Positions 17,471 to 26,291 of a stretch of DNA of 64,000 nucleotides are shown here, in pieces. The stretch's first letter is position 1. Each line of letters begins with the position of its first letter. The notes below the pieces were generated by a model. It ran no database searches and was not told the origin of the DNA. It worked only from the letters and a program-made list of their open reading frames with translations. Source of the stretch: Patescibacteria group bacterium (GTDB lineage: Bacteria > Patescibacteriota > Minisyncoccia > Phycocordibacterales > DATDWN01). Location: positions 144,979 through 208,978 of the forward strand of contig JAZKJH010000003.1 in assembly GCA_040384485.1 (NCBI GenBank), in the 5' to 3' direction. A program made the position numbers and the translations under genes.

Positions 17471-19213
17471 TTAAACTCTTTCGCCAATTTGTTGTCTCCA
17501 CATAGCGTAGTAGAGGCCTTTTTGTTCCAAAAGCTCTGTGTGGGTCCCATGTTCGGACACAACACCTTTTTCTAATACATATATTCTATTGGCATGCATT
17601 ATTGTAGAAAGTCTGTGCGCAACCAATATGGTTAAGTGATTTTTTGAATCGGTTATATTCCTTACTGTTTTGGTTATTTCTTCTTCAGTAATTGAATCCA
17701 ATGAAGAAGTTGCTTCATCAAAAACTAACAAATTTGGCTTGCGAAGCAAGGCTCTGGCGATAGATAATCTTTGTTTCTCTCCTCCAGATATCTTTACACC
17801 ACCTTCACCTATAACAGTATCAAGTCCTTTGTCGGCTCTTTGGAGTAGTGAGTCACAAGCACTTTCGTGTAAAACCCGAAGACACTCCTCGTCGGTGGCA
17901 GCAGGATTAACAAATAATAAGTTTTCCTTTATAGTGCCGGCAAAAAGTTGGGTGTCTTGTGTAACAAATCCAATTTGTTTTTGCAGGTCTTTGATGTTTA
18001 TCTCTTCAGACCTTACTTCATTGTAGCGGACTTCCCCTTCTGTGGGTCTGTACAGTGCTACCATCAGTTTCACTACACTTGTTTTTCCGGAACCAGACGG
18101 TCCTACAAAAGCAACTGTTTCTCCTTTATTAATTTTAAAAGAGATGTTTTCAATAGCATTGTTCTTCGAGCTTTTGTATGAAAAGGTAACACCTCTAAAC
18201 TCTATAGATTCTATTTTGGGTAAAGCTACAGGGCTAATACTCATGACTTCTACGGGTCTACTAACAATTTCTTTGTAACGTACCATAGATGCTTCAGCTT
18301 CCCTGTATGTATTTATTACCGCACCTATTTCTTGAAGAGGCCCAAAAACAAAGAAAGAGTAAACAAAAAGTGAGAAGAACTCCCCAAAAGTAATTATTTC
18401 AAGGAAAATTAAAACCATCATAAAAAGAAGAATAGCTGTACGCAAGAAGTTAATAATCGTTCCTTGTACAAAGCTGATACTGCGTAGATAGCGGAGTTTT
18501 TTGAGCTCTAACTCCAAGATTTTATTGGTGGTGTCGTTTAGTCTATCTATTTCTTGCTCTGATAATCCTAAGCTCTTTACAAGCTCGATATTACGAAGTG
18601 ACTCAGTGGTGGAACCGGCCAATGCTGAAGTTTCCAAAACAATTTTTTGCTGAATAGTTTTAACTTTTTTACTTAGAAAATAACTCACTCCACCAATGAT
18701 AGGGATGGTTAACCCAAAGGCTAGCGCCACTCCCCAATATAGGTTCAGTGCATAAACAGTTACAAAGATGAAACCAACCAAGGAGCTAAAAGTTATGTTT
18801 ATGGCCGAAATAATTAATCTCTCGCTGTCAGTTCTGGCTTTTTGCAGAATATTCAATGTTTCCCCACTCCTTTGGTCTTCAAATACTTCATATGGTAAGG
18901 CAAGAGAATGTTTTATTCCATCCGCATACATTTCAGCTCCAAGACGTTGAGTTATATTGTTTAGGTAATAGTCCTGAAAATTTTTGGCTACTCTAGAAAC
19001 GAAAGCAGTGCCAACTGCAAGTAGTAGCAAAAATCCTACTCCTTTTAGAAATTCTTCCATGGTGTATTCCCCAAACTTGGTAGCATAATTATCAATTACG
19101 TGTCGAAAAATGTAAGGATCGAGAAGAGAAAAAATCTGATTTATTGAAGCCAAAAGAAGTACCGCAATGCACAATTTCCAATATTTTTTTAAATAAGTAT
19201 ATAAAATTTCCAT
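17471..19213 (-). CDS. ABC transporter, fused permease/ATPase (MsbA-like exporter)
   Basis: Six-TM N-terminal half, Walker A GPSGSGKTS, ABC signature LSGGEKQRLSIARAL, Walker B LLVFDEATS. Confidence 0.85.
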   Translation of the reverse strand: MEILYTYLKKYWKLCIAVLLLASINQIFSLLDPYIFRHVIDNYATKFGEYTMEEFLKGVGFLLLLAVGTAFVSRVAKNFQDYYLNNITQRLGAEMYADGIKHSLALPYEVFEDQRSGETLNILQKARTDSERLIISAINITFSSLVGFIFVTVYALNLYWGVALAFGLTIPIIGGVSYFLSKKVKTIQQKIVLETSALAGSTTESLRNIELVKSLGLSEQEIDRLNDTTNKILELELKKLRYLRSISFVQGTIINFLRTAILLFMMVLIFLEIITFGEFFSLFVYSFFVFGPLQEIGAVINTYREAEASMVRYKEIVSRPVEVMSISPVALPKIESIEFRGVTFSYKSSKNNAIENISFKINKGETVAFVGPSGSGKTSVVKLMVALYRPTEGEVRYNEVRSEEINIKDLQKQIGFVTQDTQLFAGTIKENLLFVNPAATDEECLRVLHESACDSLLQRADKGLDTVIGEGGVKISGGEKQRLSIARALLRKPNLLVFDEATSSLDSITEEEITKTVRNITDSKNHLTILVAHRLSTIMHANRIYVLEKGVVSEHGTHTELLEQKGLYYAMWRQQIGERV

Positions 19214-19273
19214 AGGTCAACAGTATAACACGCAACGAAAGGGTTCCGAAAAGTTAATAGAAAAATATATTAG

Positions 19274-20827
19274 TTAAAAAGCCTGATACCTCTTTGGTCT
19301 GTATTGTAAGGCTTCTAGTATATGGTTTTCGGTTATTTCTTCACTCCCCTCCATGTCGGCTATGGTGCGAGCGAGTTTTATAATGCGGTGGTATGAACGA
19401 GCAGACAAGTCTAGTTGTTTGGCTGATTTGTTTAGTAAATCTTTCACATTTTCTGCAAGGTTTATTTTTGTAACCAGTTCTTTTGCAGAAAGTTCTGCAT
19501 TAGTTTTTATTTTTAAACCCTCATATCTTTTCTCTTGGATTTTTCTGGCCTTCGCAACTCTCGGTTTCATTTTGTCAGTTCCTTCGTGCAGTTCTCGCTT
19601 GTCTGTGAGTTTTTCGTGTTCTATTTTGGAAACCTCTACCCATAAGTCTATTCTGTCGACTATTGGGCCTGAAAGTTTTCGTTTATACTTTTCTATATTT
19701 TGAGCATTACAAACACATTCCTTACCTTTTACGCCATAATTCCCACAGGGACACGGGTTCATGGTGGCAACTAGAATAAAGTGAGCCGGGTATCTCACAC
19801 TTCCTTTTGCACGAGAAATAGTTACTTCCCTATCTTCTAGTGGTTGGCGCAACGTTTCTAAAACTTTAGTATCAAACTCGGGAAACTCGTCCAGGAACAA
19901 AACTCCTTTGTGGGCCAAGGTAACTTCCCCTGGTTTCAGGTTCGCTCCTCCACCCACCAAGGAAACATATGAAGATGTGTGATGTGGGGCTCGAAACGGT
20001 GGATGTTCAACCAAACCTGTTTGCAATGAACCAGTAACAGAATAAATAGAAGTCACCTCTAATTTGTCATCAAAGGAAAGTTCTGGAAGTAGGTGTGTAA
20101 AAGCTTTGGCCAACATAGTTTTTCCAGTTCCTGGTGGTCCGTACATAATAATGTTGTGTCCTCCAGCAGCTGCAATCTCCAATCCTCGCTTGGCAGATTC
20201 TTGACCTTTGATATCGGCAAAATCAATATCTATTTCCCGAGCTTTTGTCTCAGTATTGTTTCTTTTATATTCAGCAATTTTTTCTGTGGTAAGTGTTTCA
20301 TCCTCACTCTCTTTCTCATTAATATGTTTTACGACTTCTAGCAAATTCTTTGCACCAAATATTTTTACACCATTTATGTTGCTAGCCTCTTCAGCATTGT
20401 CTAAAGGTAAGAATATTTCAGTGAAACCTTCTTTTTGAGCTTTTTGAGTTATCGGCAGTATTCCTTTTACTGAACGCAACTCACCATCCAAAGAAAGTTC
20501 TCCGACAAAAAGCCTATTCTTTGTATCGGCTTCTATGTCCTCACTAGCAATTAGGTAAGCAACAGCGATTGGTAGATCGAACAATGGTCCCTCCTTTTTA
20601 ACATCTGCTGGAGCAAGGGAGACAACCACTTTTTGGTTTTTGTTTTTTGGTGATTTCCAACCAGAGTTTTTTATAGCAGAAGATACTCTGTCTTTGGATT
20701 CATCCACTGACTTGTTGGCAAGTCCAACTATAGAAAAAGAGTGGAGCCCTCGAGAGAGATCCACTTCTATATCTATGATTTCCGCATTTAGGAGAGTTGT
20801 TTGAGCGCTGTAAACTTTGGAAATCAT
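19274..20827 (-). CDS. comM: YifB/ComM-family Mg-chelatase-like AAA+ ATPase
   Basis: N-terminal Lon-protease-like domain, Walker A GPPGTGKT, Walker B LFLDEFPEF, conserved CPCG motif (MNPCPCGNYG), 517 aa. Confidence 0.85.
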   Translation of the reverse strand: MISKVYSAQTTLLNAEIIDIEVDLSRGLHSFSIVGLANKSVDESKDRVSSAIKNSGWKSPKNKNQKVVVSLAPADVKKEGPLFDLPIAVAYLIASEDIEADTKNRLFVGELSLDGELRSVKGILPITQKAQKEGFTEIFLPLDNAEEASNINGVKIFGAKNLLEVVKHINEKESEDETLTTEKIAEYKRNNTETKAREIDIDFADIKGQESAKRGLEIAAAGGHNIIMYGPPGTGKTMLAKAFTHLLPELSFDDKLEVTSIYSVTGSLQTGLVEHPPFRAPHHTSSYVSLVGGGANLKPGEVTLAHKGVLFLDEFPEFDTKVLETLRQPLEDREVTISRAKGSVRYPAHFILVATMNPCPCGNYGVKGKECVCNAQNIEKYKRKLSGPIVDRIDLWVEVSKIEHEKLTDKRELHEGTDKMKPRVAKARKIQEKRYEGLKIKTNAELSAKELVTKINLAENVKDLLNKSAKQLDLSARSYHRIIKLARTIADMEGSEEITENHILEALQYRPKRYQAF

Positions 20828-20842
20828 GGTTTTGGAGATACT

Positions 20843-21199
20843 TTACATATGAAGCTTACAAGTCTTGGCTGCAGGATTTGCCTCTAGTCTATCCTCTTCT
20901 ATTGGAGCCTCACATTCTTCACATACTCCATATGTTCCTTCCTCTATTTTGTCCAATGCCGCTTTTACTTCATTAAGTCTAAGCTCTAGTTGCTCGGTTA
21001 CGGCGTTATTGTTTGAAAATTCACTCATTGTATCTGCAACTTCCCCGTCATCAGCTGAATCAGTGTTCATTTCAGGCTCTACTCCCTCCCAGTCTTCTTT
21101 GTTGTCAGGGTTTATTCTGGCAACGCCTGAGATTTCCTTCTCTAGTATCACAAGCTCACCTTCTAGCAATTCTTTAAAATGTTGAATGTTTGTGTCCAT
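20843..21199 (-). CDS. DksA/TraR-family C4-type zinc-finger protein
   Basis: C-terminal CEEC-x17-C-x2-H spacing, matching the DksA/TraR zinc finger with His as fourth ligand; acidic coiled-coil N-terminus. Confidence 0.55.
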   Translation of the reverse strand: MDTNIQHFKELLEGELVILEKEISGVARINPDNKEDWEGVEPEMNTDSADDGEVADTMSEFSNNNAVTEQLELRLNEVKAALDKIEEGTYGVCEECEAPIEEDRLEANPAAKTCKLHM

Positions 21200-21241
21200 A
21201 AATCTAATTGTATCAGAACAGGAAACCTGCGCAAATCATTT

Positions 21242-22195
21242 TTATCTAGGTTCTTTGATTGAAAGGTATTTCGTGAGGATGGCCGAGAAGATGTTCTCGT
21301 TTTTGGTTATAAGTAGGGTGTTTTTGTCTATGAAAGAATACAAAAACTGAGTTTTTCCTTGAGAGTCTTTCATTATTCGCATATCACGGTTTTTAAATTC
21401 TTTGTCGTAAAAAACAGCATCTATGGTGGAACTAGCATTTTTTTCCATAACAAATATATCCCCTAGATCTGATGGAATATCCTTTTCCCATCGAAGCATA
21501 CCAGCAAAACTCCCAGCAAAATCTTCGGTTTTTAAAATAATAAAAGGCTCATTGGTGTCAAAAGAATATACTCCCAACATATACTGTGGAGAAAAAGTTC
21601 TCTCAAGTGATGCCGGCATACTCGGCGATAATATTTCCAACACACTAGTTCTGTCAGCTTGGATTTGTGGGGATTTTTCTATATTTATATATAAAATAGA
21701 ATTGATCGGAGCATCAAAATTTTTCTTCGCGTCAGTTATTGCAGATGTGAGGGTGTTACGGTTTGTTTTGTCTAACTCCAGTACCATTTCTTCGGTAAAA
21801 GATAAAAGGGCTTTATCTCTTTGCTCAATCATTACTTGCTCGTTGGAACGCAGATAATATCCTGCACCAATGGCTAAACCACCCAATATAAGTAATAACC
21901 CACCAAGCACTGCAAAGAATTTATTTTTATCTTCAGTTTTTATTGAAAAGTTGGAAGAGGGAGAGTCAATCAAACTTTTATCTCTTTTGTTTTGTTCAGC
22001 TACGAAAATAGAAGTGGCAGAAGATCTGTCTTTGGTCATCGCTTCTTGTACGTCGCCCTGGTATGTTCTGAGGGATTTTATCGGATCATGAGTTTCTGTT
22101 TTTGGAGTGGGAGACGTGGAAGGATTTTGTTCAAGAACTTCTTCCGGATTTGTTATTGATTCTGGGATTTTTACTTCTTTATCTTCGGGATTCAT
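21242..22195 (-). CDS. Hypothetical bitopic membrane protein
   Basis: 317 aa; polar N-terminus, one TM (FFAVLGGLLLILGGLAIGAGYY), then a ~200-aa domain. Confidence 0.5.
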   Translation of the reverse strand: MNPEDKEVKIPESITNPEEVLEQNPSTSPTPKTETHDPIKSLRTYQGDVQEAMTKDRSSATSIFVAEQNKRDKSLIDSPSSNFSIKTEDKNKFFAVLGGLLLILGGLAIGAGYYLRSNEQVMIEQRDKALLSFTEEMVLELDKTNRNTLTSAITDAKKNFDAPINSILYINIEKSPQIQADRTSVLEILSPSMPASLERTFSPQYMLGVYSFDTNEPFIILKTEDFAGSFAGMLRWEKDIPSDLGDIFVMEKNASSTIDAVFYDKEFKNRDMRIMKDSQGKTQFLYSFIDKNTLLITKNENIFSAILTKYLSIKEPR

Positions 22196-22210
22196 TTTTT
22201 TATTATATCA

Positions 22211-22236
22211 AAAAAACCGACAGGTGTCGGTTTTTT
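22211..22236. terminator. Rho-independent terminator hairpin between two minus-strand genes, flanked by A and T runs (bidirectional-capable)
   Basis: aaaaaaCCGACAGGTGTCGGtttttt. Confidence 0.7.
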
Positions 22237-22239
22237 ATA

Positions 22240-22794
22240 CTAGATCGTTCTCGGCACTCTTCTCGGTCTTTTGTTCCCAGGTCCACGGAATCCCAAGAGA
22301 TACTTGGCTGGATTGTCGTCCAAATCTATGAAGTCATCACAGATTTCTATCAGTTTGACAGAGGATGCTTTCCCAAAAGACATAACTTCTACCTGACACC
22401 CTTCGTTTACCTGTAAGTATTCTACTAGTGGTACAAAGTCCCCGTCTCCAGTAACAAGAATAATGGAATCTAGTTTAGGAGCCATTTTGATAGCGTCTAC
22501 AGCCAAACCCACATCCCAGTCCGCTTTTTTTGCCCCTCCAGAGAAAATCTGTAAGTTCTTTGTTTTAGTTTCGATTCCCGCTTTTTCCAGAGCCTCGAAG
22601 AAATTTTTCTCATCCCCTGCTTCTGTGGTTATCACATAAGCTAGTGCTCGAATAAGTTGTCTTCCTGCTAAGCCTTCTTTTACTACTTCCGCAAAGTTTA
22701 CCTTTGCTCCGTAGATGTTTTTTGCACAATGGTATAAGTTTTGTGTGTCTATAAAGATACCGACACGCTGGTTGTTGTGTTTGATTACACTCAT
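22240..22794 (-). CDS. NYN-domain (PIN-like, LabA-like) protein
   Basis: VGIFIDTQNLYHCAKN... and LVTGDGDFVPLVEYL motifs typical of NYN/LabA ribonuclease-like domains. Confidence 0.65.
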   Translation of the reverse strand: MSVIKHNNQRVGIFIDTQNLYHCAKNIYGAKVNFAEVVKEGLAGRQLIRALAYVITTEAGDEKNFFEALEKAGIETKTKNLQIFSGGAKKADWDVGLAVDAIKMAPKLDSIILVTGDGDFVPLVEYLQVNEGCQVEVMSFGKASSVKLIEICDDFIDLDDNPAKYLLGFRGPGNKRPRRVPRTI

Positions 22795-22895
22795 AAATTA
22801 AAAATTAAATATAAAAATAGCTATTAAATAAAACAAATATATAAAAATAATAATGCTTACTCCTAAATAATAACATAGAAACAAATAGATCGCGT

Positions 22896-22922
22896 TGAAC
22901 AAAACATCCCCTTTCGGGGAGT
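22896..22922 (-). terminator. rpsO terminator
   Basis: On the minus strand: hairpin TCCCCGAAAGGGGA followed by a U-rich tract, immediately after the rpsO stop. Confidence 0.65.
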
Positions 22923-22926
22923 TTTA

Positions 22927-23247
22927 TTATTTCTTTAGACCGAGTTTTTTGTTTAAAGCGTTGAATCTTCGAGGGTTTTTCTTCTCTAGGTATTTCATGT
23001 GTGCTTTTCTGTCCGCAACCATTTGTAGTAAACCTCTTCTTGAGTGGTTATCTTTTGCGTTTTTCTTTAGGTGAGAAGCTAGTTCGTCTATTCTTTTAGA
23101 CAAAATAGCGATTTGTACCTCTGGAGAACCAGTATCTGTGTCGTGTACCTGTGTTTCCTTGATTATTTTAGATTTTTTCGTTTTTGTAAGCATTGAATAG
23201 AGAATATCATACATCCATCTTTTTTGCAAGGGGCTATATTGAGCCAT
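22927..23247 (-). CDS. rpsO: 30S ribosomal protein S15 (true start probably at internal Met19, giving ~88 aa)
   Basis: Contains TGSPEVQIAILSKRIDELASHLKKNAKDNHSRRGLLQMV, a near-universal S15 core. Confidence 0.85.
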   Translation of the reverse strand: MAQYSPLQKRWMYDILYSMLTKTKKSKIIKETQVHDTDTGSPEVQIAILSKRIDELASHLKKNAKDNHSRRGLLQMVADRKAHMKYLEKKNPRRFNALNKKLGLKK

Positions 23248-23281
23248 TATCTCTTAAATCAAGAGATTTTAAGGATATTTT

Positions 23282-23310
23282 TTGACACCAATGGCTTATA
23301 ATGATATAAA
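23282..23310 (+). promoter_or_regulatory. Sigma70-like promoter (TTGACA, 17-nt spacer, TATAAA) driving the plus-strand island genes
   Basis: TTGACA at 23282-23287 and TATAAA at 23305-23310, followed by GGGAGG and a GTG start at 23331. Confidence 0.5.
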
Positions 23311-23330
23311 ACTACCGGGAGGTACACATA

Positions 23331-23720
23331 GTGTACAAATTGAATGTGTTGGGTCTTTTGAAGTCGAATATCGAAGCGGTACGTCACAAGGCTGCTCAGT
23401 GGGCCAAGTCAGCCCCTATCGAGGAGGTACTGAAGCATGTGCCTGGTGCGGTGTTCGGTCAGACCGTCGGACCGACCGAGGTGGATCAGAAGCAAAGGGC
23501 AAAACGGATTCTGACCAAGATCCGCGCCCGCGTAAGCGAAGTTGACGCCAAGCGCATCCGGACTGAACTGCAAGGGCTCAAGCCGAAAACGGAGGCCTAC
23601 AGCGAAAAACGCGACTCTTTATCCCGATCTCTGGGGTACACTCGTCGTCAGGTAGGTGCAGCTGCAACAGGTATTGAAAGGGCAGCTAAACGCAAAAAGG
23701 CTCAGCCGAAAAAGAAATAG
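23331..23720 (+). CDS. Hypothetical basic, helical protein (129 aa) encoded by the highest-GC stretch of the window; first gene of the putative integrated element
   Basis: GTG start 9 nt after GGGAGG; Lys/Arg-rich C-terminus (AAKRKKAQPKKK); GC content visibly much higher than flanking DNA. Confidence 0.4.
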   Translation: MYKLNVLGLLKSNIEAVRHKAAQWAKSAPIEEVLKHVPGAVFGQTVGPTEVDQKQRAKRILTKIRARVSEVDAKRIRTELQGLKPKTEAYSEKRDSLSRSLGYTRRQVGAAATGIERAAKRKKAQPKKK

Positions 23721-23816
23721 TTCGAACCAATACAAAGGTACCGCAAGGTACCTTTTCTTTATATATCAACACAAAGGGAATAGTGTCGCACAATATTATG
23801 TTACAATTTATACATA

Positions 23817-24794
23817 ATGGCTTCGCTTAAAGATTTAAAAACTCAGTTTCTAGAATACATAGAGATAGAACGAGGTCGCTCTCTTAAAACTGTAGAAAAT
23901 TATGACCGATACATATCTAGGTTTTTAGGATTTTTGAAAAACGATGACCCGACAACAATAACCGACTCATCTGTTCGCGAGTTCCGTCTGTGGCTCAACA
24001 GACAACCAAACTTGCCATGGAAAACTCTTTTGAAAAACTCCGGGGTTGTGAAAAACAGGGATATAGACAAAACTCTTTCCAAAAGAACCCAGAACTACTA
24101 CCTCATTGCTCTACGCGCTTTTCTCAAGTACCTTGCACGCCAAGGTGTAAAAAGCATGTCTGCTGAAAGAATAGAGCTGGCAAAAGTAAGTGAACGTTCG
24201 CTAGATTTGATAACTCCAAACGAAATGTCTAGACTTATGTCCGCTCCAAACGGAAGTGACCTCAAATCTCTTCGCGACAAAGCCATCCTCGAGCTACTTT
24301 TCTCAACAGGACTCCGTGTGTCTGAGTTGTGTTCCCTACCTAGAGATATGGATATCAACTCTGACGAGCTATCTATTCGAGGAAAAGGTGGCAAGGTCCG
24401 AGTAGTTTTCATATCTGATGAAGCTCGAAATGCTGTGAAGACGTACCTAGCAAAAAGAAAAGATATGGAGGATGCATTGTTTGTGCGAGTAGGACGAGAT
24501 GGAGAGAAAAAAGCTAGTAAAAAAGAAATCAGTACCAGTAGTGCTTTGAACAGACACTCTATAGAAAGAATAGTTCGCCACTATGCAACTAAGGCTGGTT
24601 TGTCGAAAAAAGTTACTCCCCACACCATGCGCCACTTGTTTGCAACAGATTTACTATCAAACGGAGCAGATATTCGCTCAGTCCAAGCACTACTAGGGCA
24701 TTCTAGTATCATAACTACACAGATATATACACATGTGACGGATAGACATCTGAAGGATATACACAAAAAGTTCCACGGCAAAAACAAACGATAA
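23817..24794 (+). CDS. Tyrosine site-specific recombinase (XerC/XerD-like integrase)
   Basis: N-terminal SAM-like core-binding domain; catalytic residues in order: R (LRVSEL), HTMRHLFATDLL, LLGHSSIITTQIYTHV (His-x-x-Arg ... Tyr). Confidence 0.85.
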   Translation: MASLKDLKTQFLEYIEIERGRSLKTVENYDRYISRFLGFLKNDDPTTITDSSVREFRLWLNRQPNLPWKTLLKNSGVVKNRDIDKTLSKRTQNYYLIALRAFLKYLARQGVKSMSAERIELAKVSERSLDLITPNEMSRLMSAPNGSDLKSLRDKAILELLFSTGLRVSELCSLPRDMDINSDELSIRGKGGKVRVVFISDEARNAVKTYLAKRKDMEDALFVRVGRDGEKKASKKEISTSSALNRHSIERIVRHYATKAGLSKKVTPHTMRHLFATDLLSNGADIRSVQALLGHSSIITTQIYTHVTDRHLKDIHKKFHGKNKR

Positions 24795-24844
24795 TATTGA
24801 CATATCAGTTTTTTAGTGTATTATCCAGAAAGGAGTAAATACAA

Positions 24845-25096
24845 ATGAGTGTTGTTCGTATGCATCGTGGTCGTGTTGTAAAAACACGACAAGTCATTAA
24901 CTTGAAACTACCAGGAACCTTCGGCGCTTTCACTGCTGATGACCTTGGGTGTGAGTTTGTAACTCAAGGTGTCAGAAACAAGTTGGTTCAGAACAGAGAC
25001 CAGCTTGCTGGACATGTTCTGGAAGGAAAAGATAAGGGCCGCTCCTTTATTTACCAACCACAACTGAAAGTATCCAATATCGTTCGGGAACCTTGA
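24845..25096 (+). CDS. Small cold-shock-domain-like / OB-fold protein (83 aa), divergent
   Basis: GRVVKT...GTFGAFTADDLGCEFVTQGV...LAGHVLEGKDKG parallels the CspA layout (GxVKWFN..GFGFI..DDG..VFVH...L.EGQ.V); followed by a terminator. Confidence 0.35.
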   Translation: MSVVRMHRGRVVKTRQVINLKLPGTFGAFTADDLGCEFVTQGVRNKLVQNRDQLAGHVLEGKDKGRSFIYQPQLKVSNIVREP

Positions 25097-25102
25097 ATAC
25101 TA

Positions 25103-25125
25103 CCTCGCATAAGCGAGGTTTTTTA
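25103..25125 (+). terminator. Rho-independent terminator
   Basis: CCTCGCATAAGCGAGGtttttt. Confidence 0.7.
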
Positions 25126-25196
25126 TATGTAGTTGACAGTACCTACCTGTTCATATATAAAACAATACAGAAACGGCTTTTGCGTGGGAGATTTAT

Positions 25197-25493
25197 ATGG
25201 GTTCAAGTGCAAGTTCGAGCGCGTTGCTGGGAAAAGGCCTTCAGGGTCGAGTGGTAGTCACGAAACCTCGTGGCACTGAGGGCACATTTGGGTATTTCAT
25301 ATTCCCGATCGATCTCGGAGCAAGGTTTCGATACAACGGTGTTTTGTTTCAAGTTGTTCATTTGCCCGGCGATGGGCGGGACACTATCGGGGCTCTCTGT
25401 CTCGAGGGTTCCGAAGCAAATTATGTACACCGGTTTACCGACACTGTGTCGATTACGGATGTTGCCCTGCATCATCCATTGAAACCACGATAG
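25197..25493 (+). CDS. Second small CSD-like / OB-fold protein (98 aa), a divergent paralog of the previous ORF
   Basis: GRVVVTKPRGTEGTFGYFIFPIDLGARFRYNGVLFQVVHLPGDG shares the same GTFG-centred layout; followed by a terminator. Confidence 0.35.
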   Translation: MGSSASSSALLGKGLQGRVVVTKPRGTEGTFGYFIFPIDLGARFRYNGVLFQVVHLPGDGRDTIGALCLEGSEANYVHRFTDTVSITDVALHHPLKPR

Positions 25494-25500
25494 AAGATAT

Positions 25501-25526
25501 CCGCCCCTCCGGGCGGATTTTATTTT
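25501..25526 (+). terminator. Rho-independent terminator
   Basis: CCGCCCCTCCGGGCGG followed by ATTTTATTTT. Confidence 0.7.
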
Positions 25527-25640
25527 GACAAAAGGTGTTATTCATTGACTTTGTGTATAAGTAATGTAGAGTAAAAAGGGAATGTAATTTGACTTTGGTT
25601 GTTTAAAACAACCGTTTAAATGGCTATCTAAGGAGGGTTT

Positions 25641-26291
25641 GTGGTAAAAGGAAAGCGAAGCCTGATTCCAGCCGTCATCACTCAAAGCAGGACCGAACTT
25701 GTACCTGGGAATGTACGAGTTAAGTCCATTGCTTTTAAGCTCCGATGGAGTGTGTACACCGTGATCAAAAGGGTGGAAAGCTCGCTGACTTCCAAGGTGG
25801 AGCAGGAAGTCTACCTCTTGATTGCCGGTGGTTATAGGATTCAGCCCGAATCCCTCCTGAAAATGCTTAAAGTTTTTAGAGGAGAGGATGGTTTGCGCCC
25901 TTGCGATCAGGAATATAACCAGGTCGGAAAGAACTTGTTTAAAAGCAAGTTTGACGATGTGGTTGAAAAAGTTGAACAGGCTCTTGTTCTGGTGGATAAA
26001 AGTTCTGATTCTGCTGACTACATGATGAGTATGGAGTCAGCTGCTCAACTGGTTGAGGCTTATGGTGGCCACTCAGAAGAAATTCTCGGAGAAATTGTGG
26101 AGAATCTGGCTGATGTGGCTAAATTGCTCAGAATCAAATCTGAAACACCACGAGTTATCGTGGGTGTGGCGATTAAGGTTTTGGTAAAGAAAATAACCGA
26201 CAGCTCTCAGGGGTCAACATTGCCTATGACGATTGAAGAAATGTTCAGTAGTCGAGGAAAGGAAGTAAAGAATAGAGGCTTCCGTGAGTGA
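25641..26291 (+). CDS. Hypothetical protein (216 aa), first gene of a two-gene module; its end overlaps the next gene by 8 nt
   Basis: Higher-GC ORF with no recognisable motif; translationally coupled to the J-domain protein gene. Confidence 0.5.
   Translation: MVKGKRSLIPAVITQSRTELVPGNVRVKSIAFKLRWSVYTVIKRVESSLTSKVEQEVYLLIAGGYRIQPESLLKMLKVFRGEDGLRPCDQEYNQVGKNLFKSKFDDVVEKVEQALVLVDKSSDSADYMMSMESAAQLVEAYGGHSEEILGEIVENLADVAKLLRIKSETPRVIVGVAIKVLVKKITDSSQGSTLPMTIEEMFSSRGKEVKNRGFRE

Noticed and set aside
23282-23545. Alternative 87-aa reading frame overlapping the first island gene
   Set aside because: Its ATG overlaps the TTGACA -35 hexamer, so it starts upstream of the inferred TSS (~23324). Its translation is Gly/Arg/Ser-rich low-complexity, typical of an off-frame read through GC-rich coding DNA; the 129-aa frame has the Shine-Dalgarno and protein-like composition.
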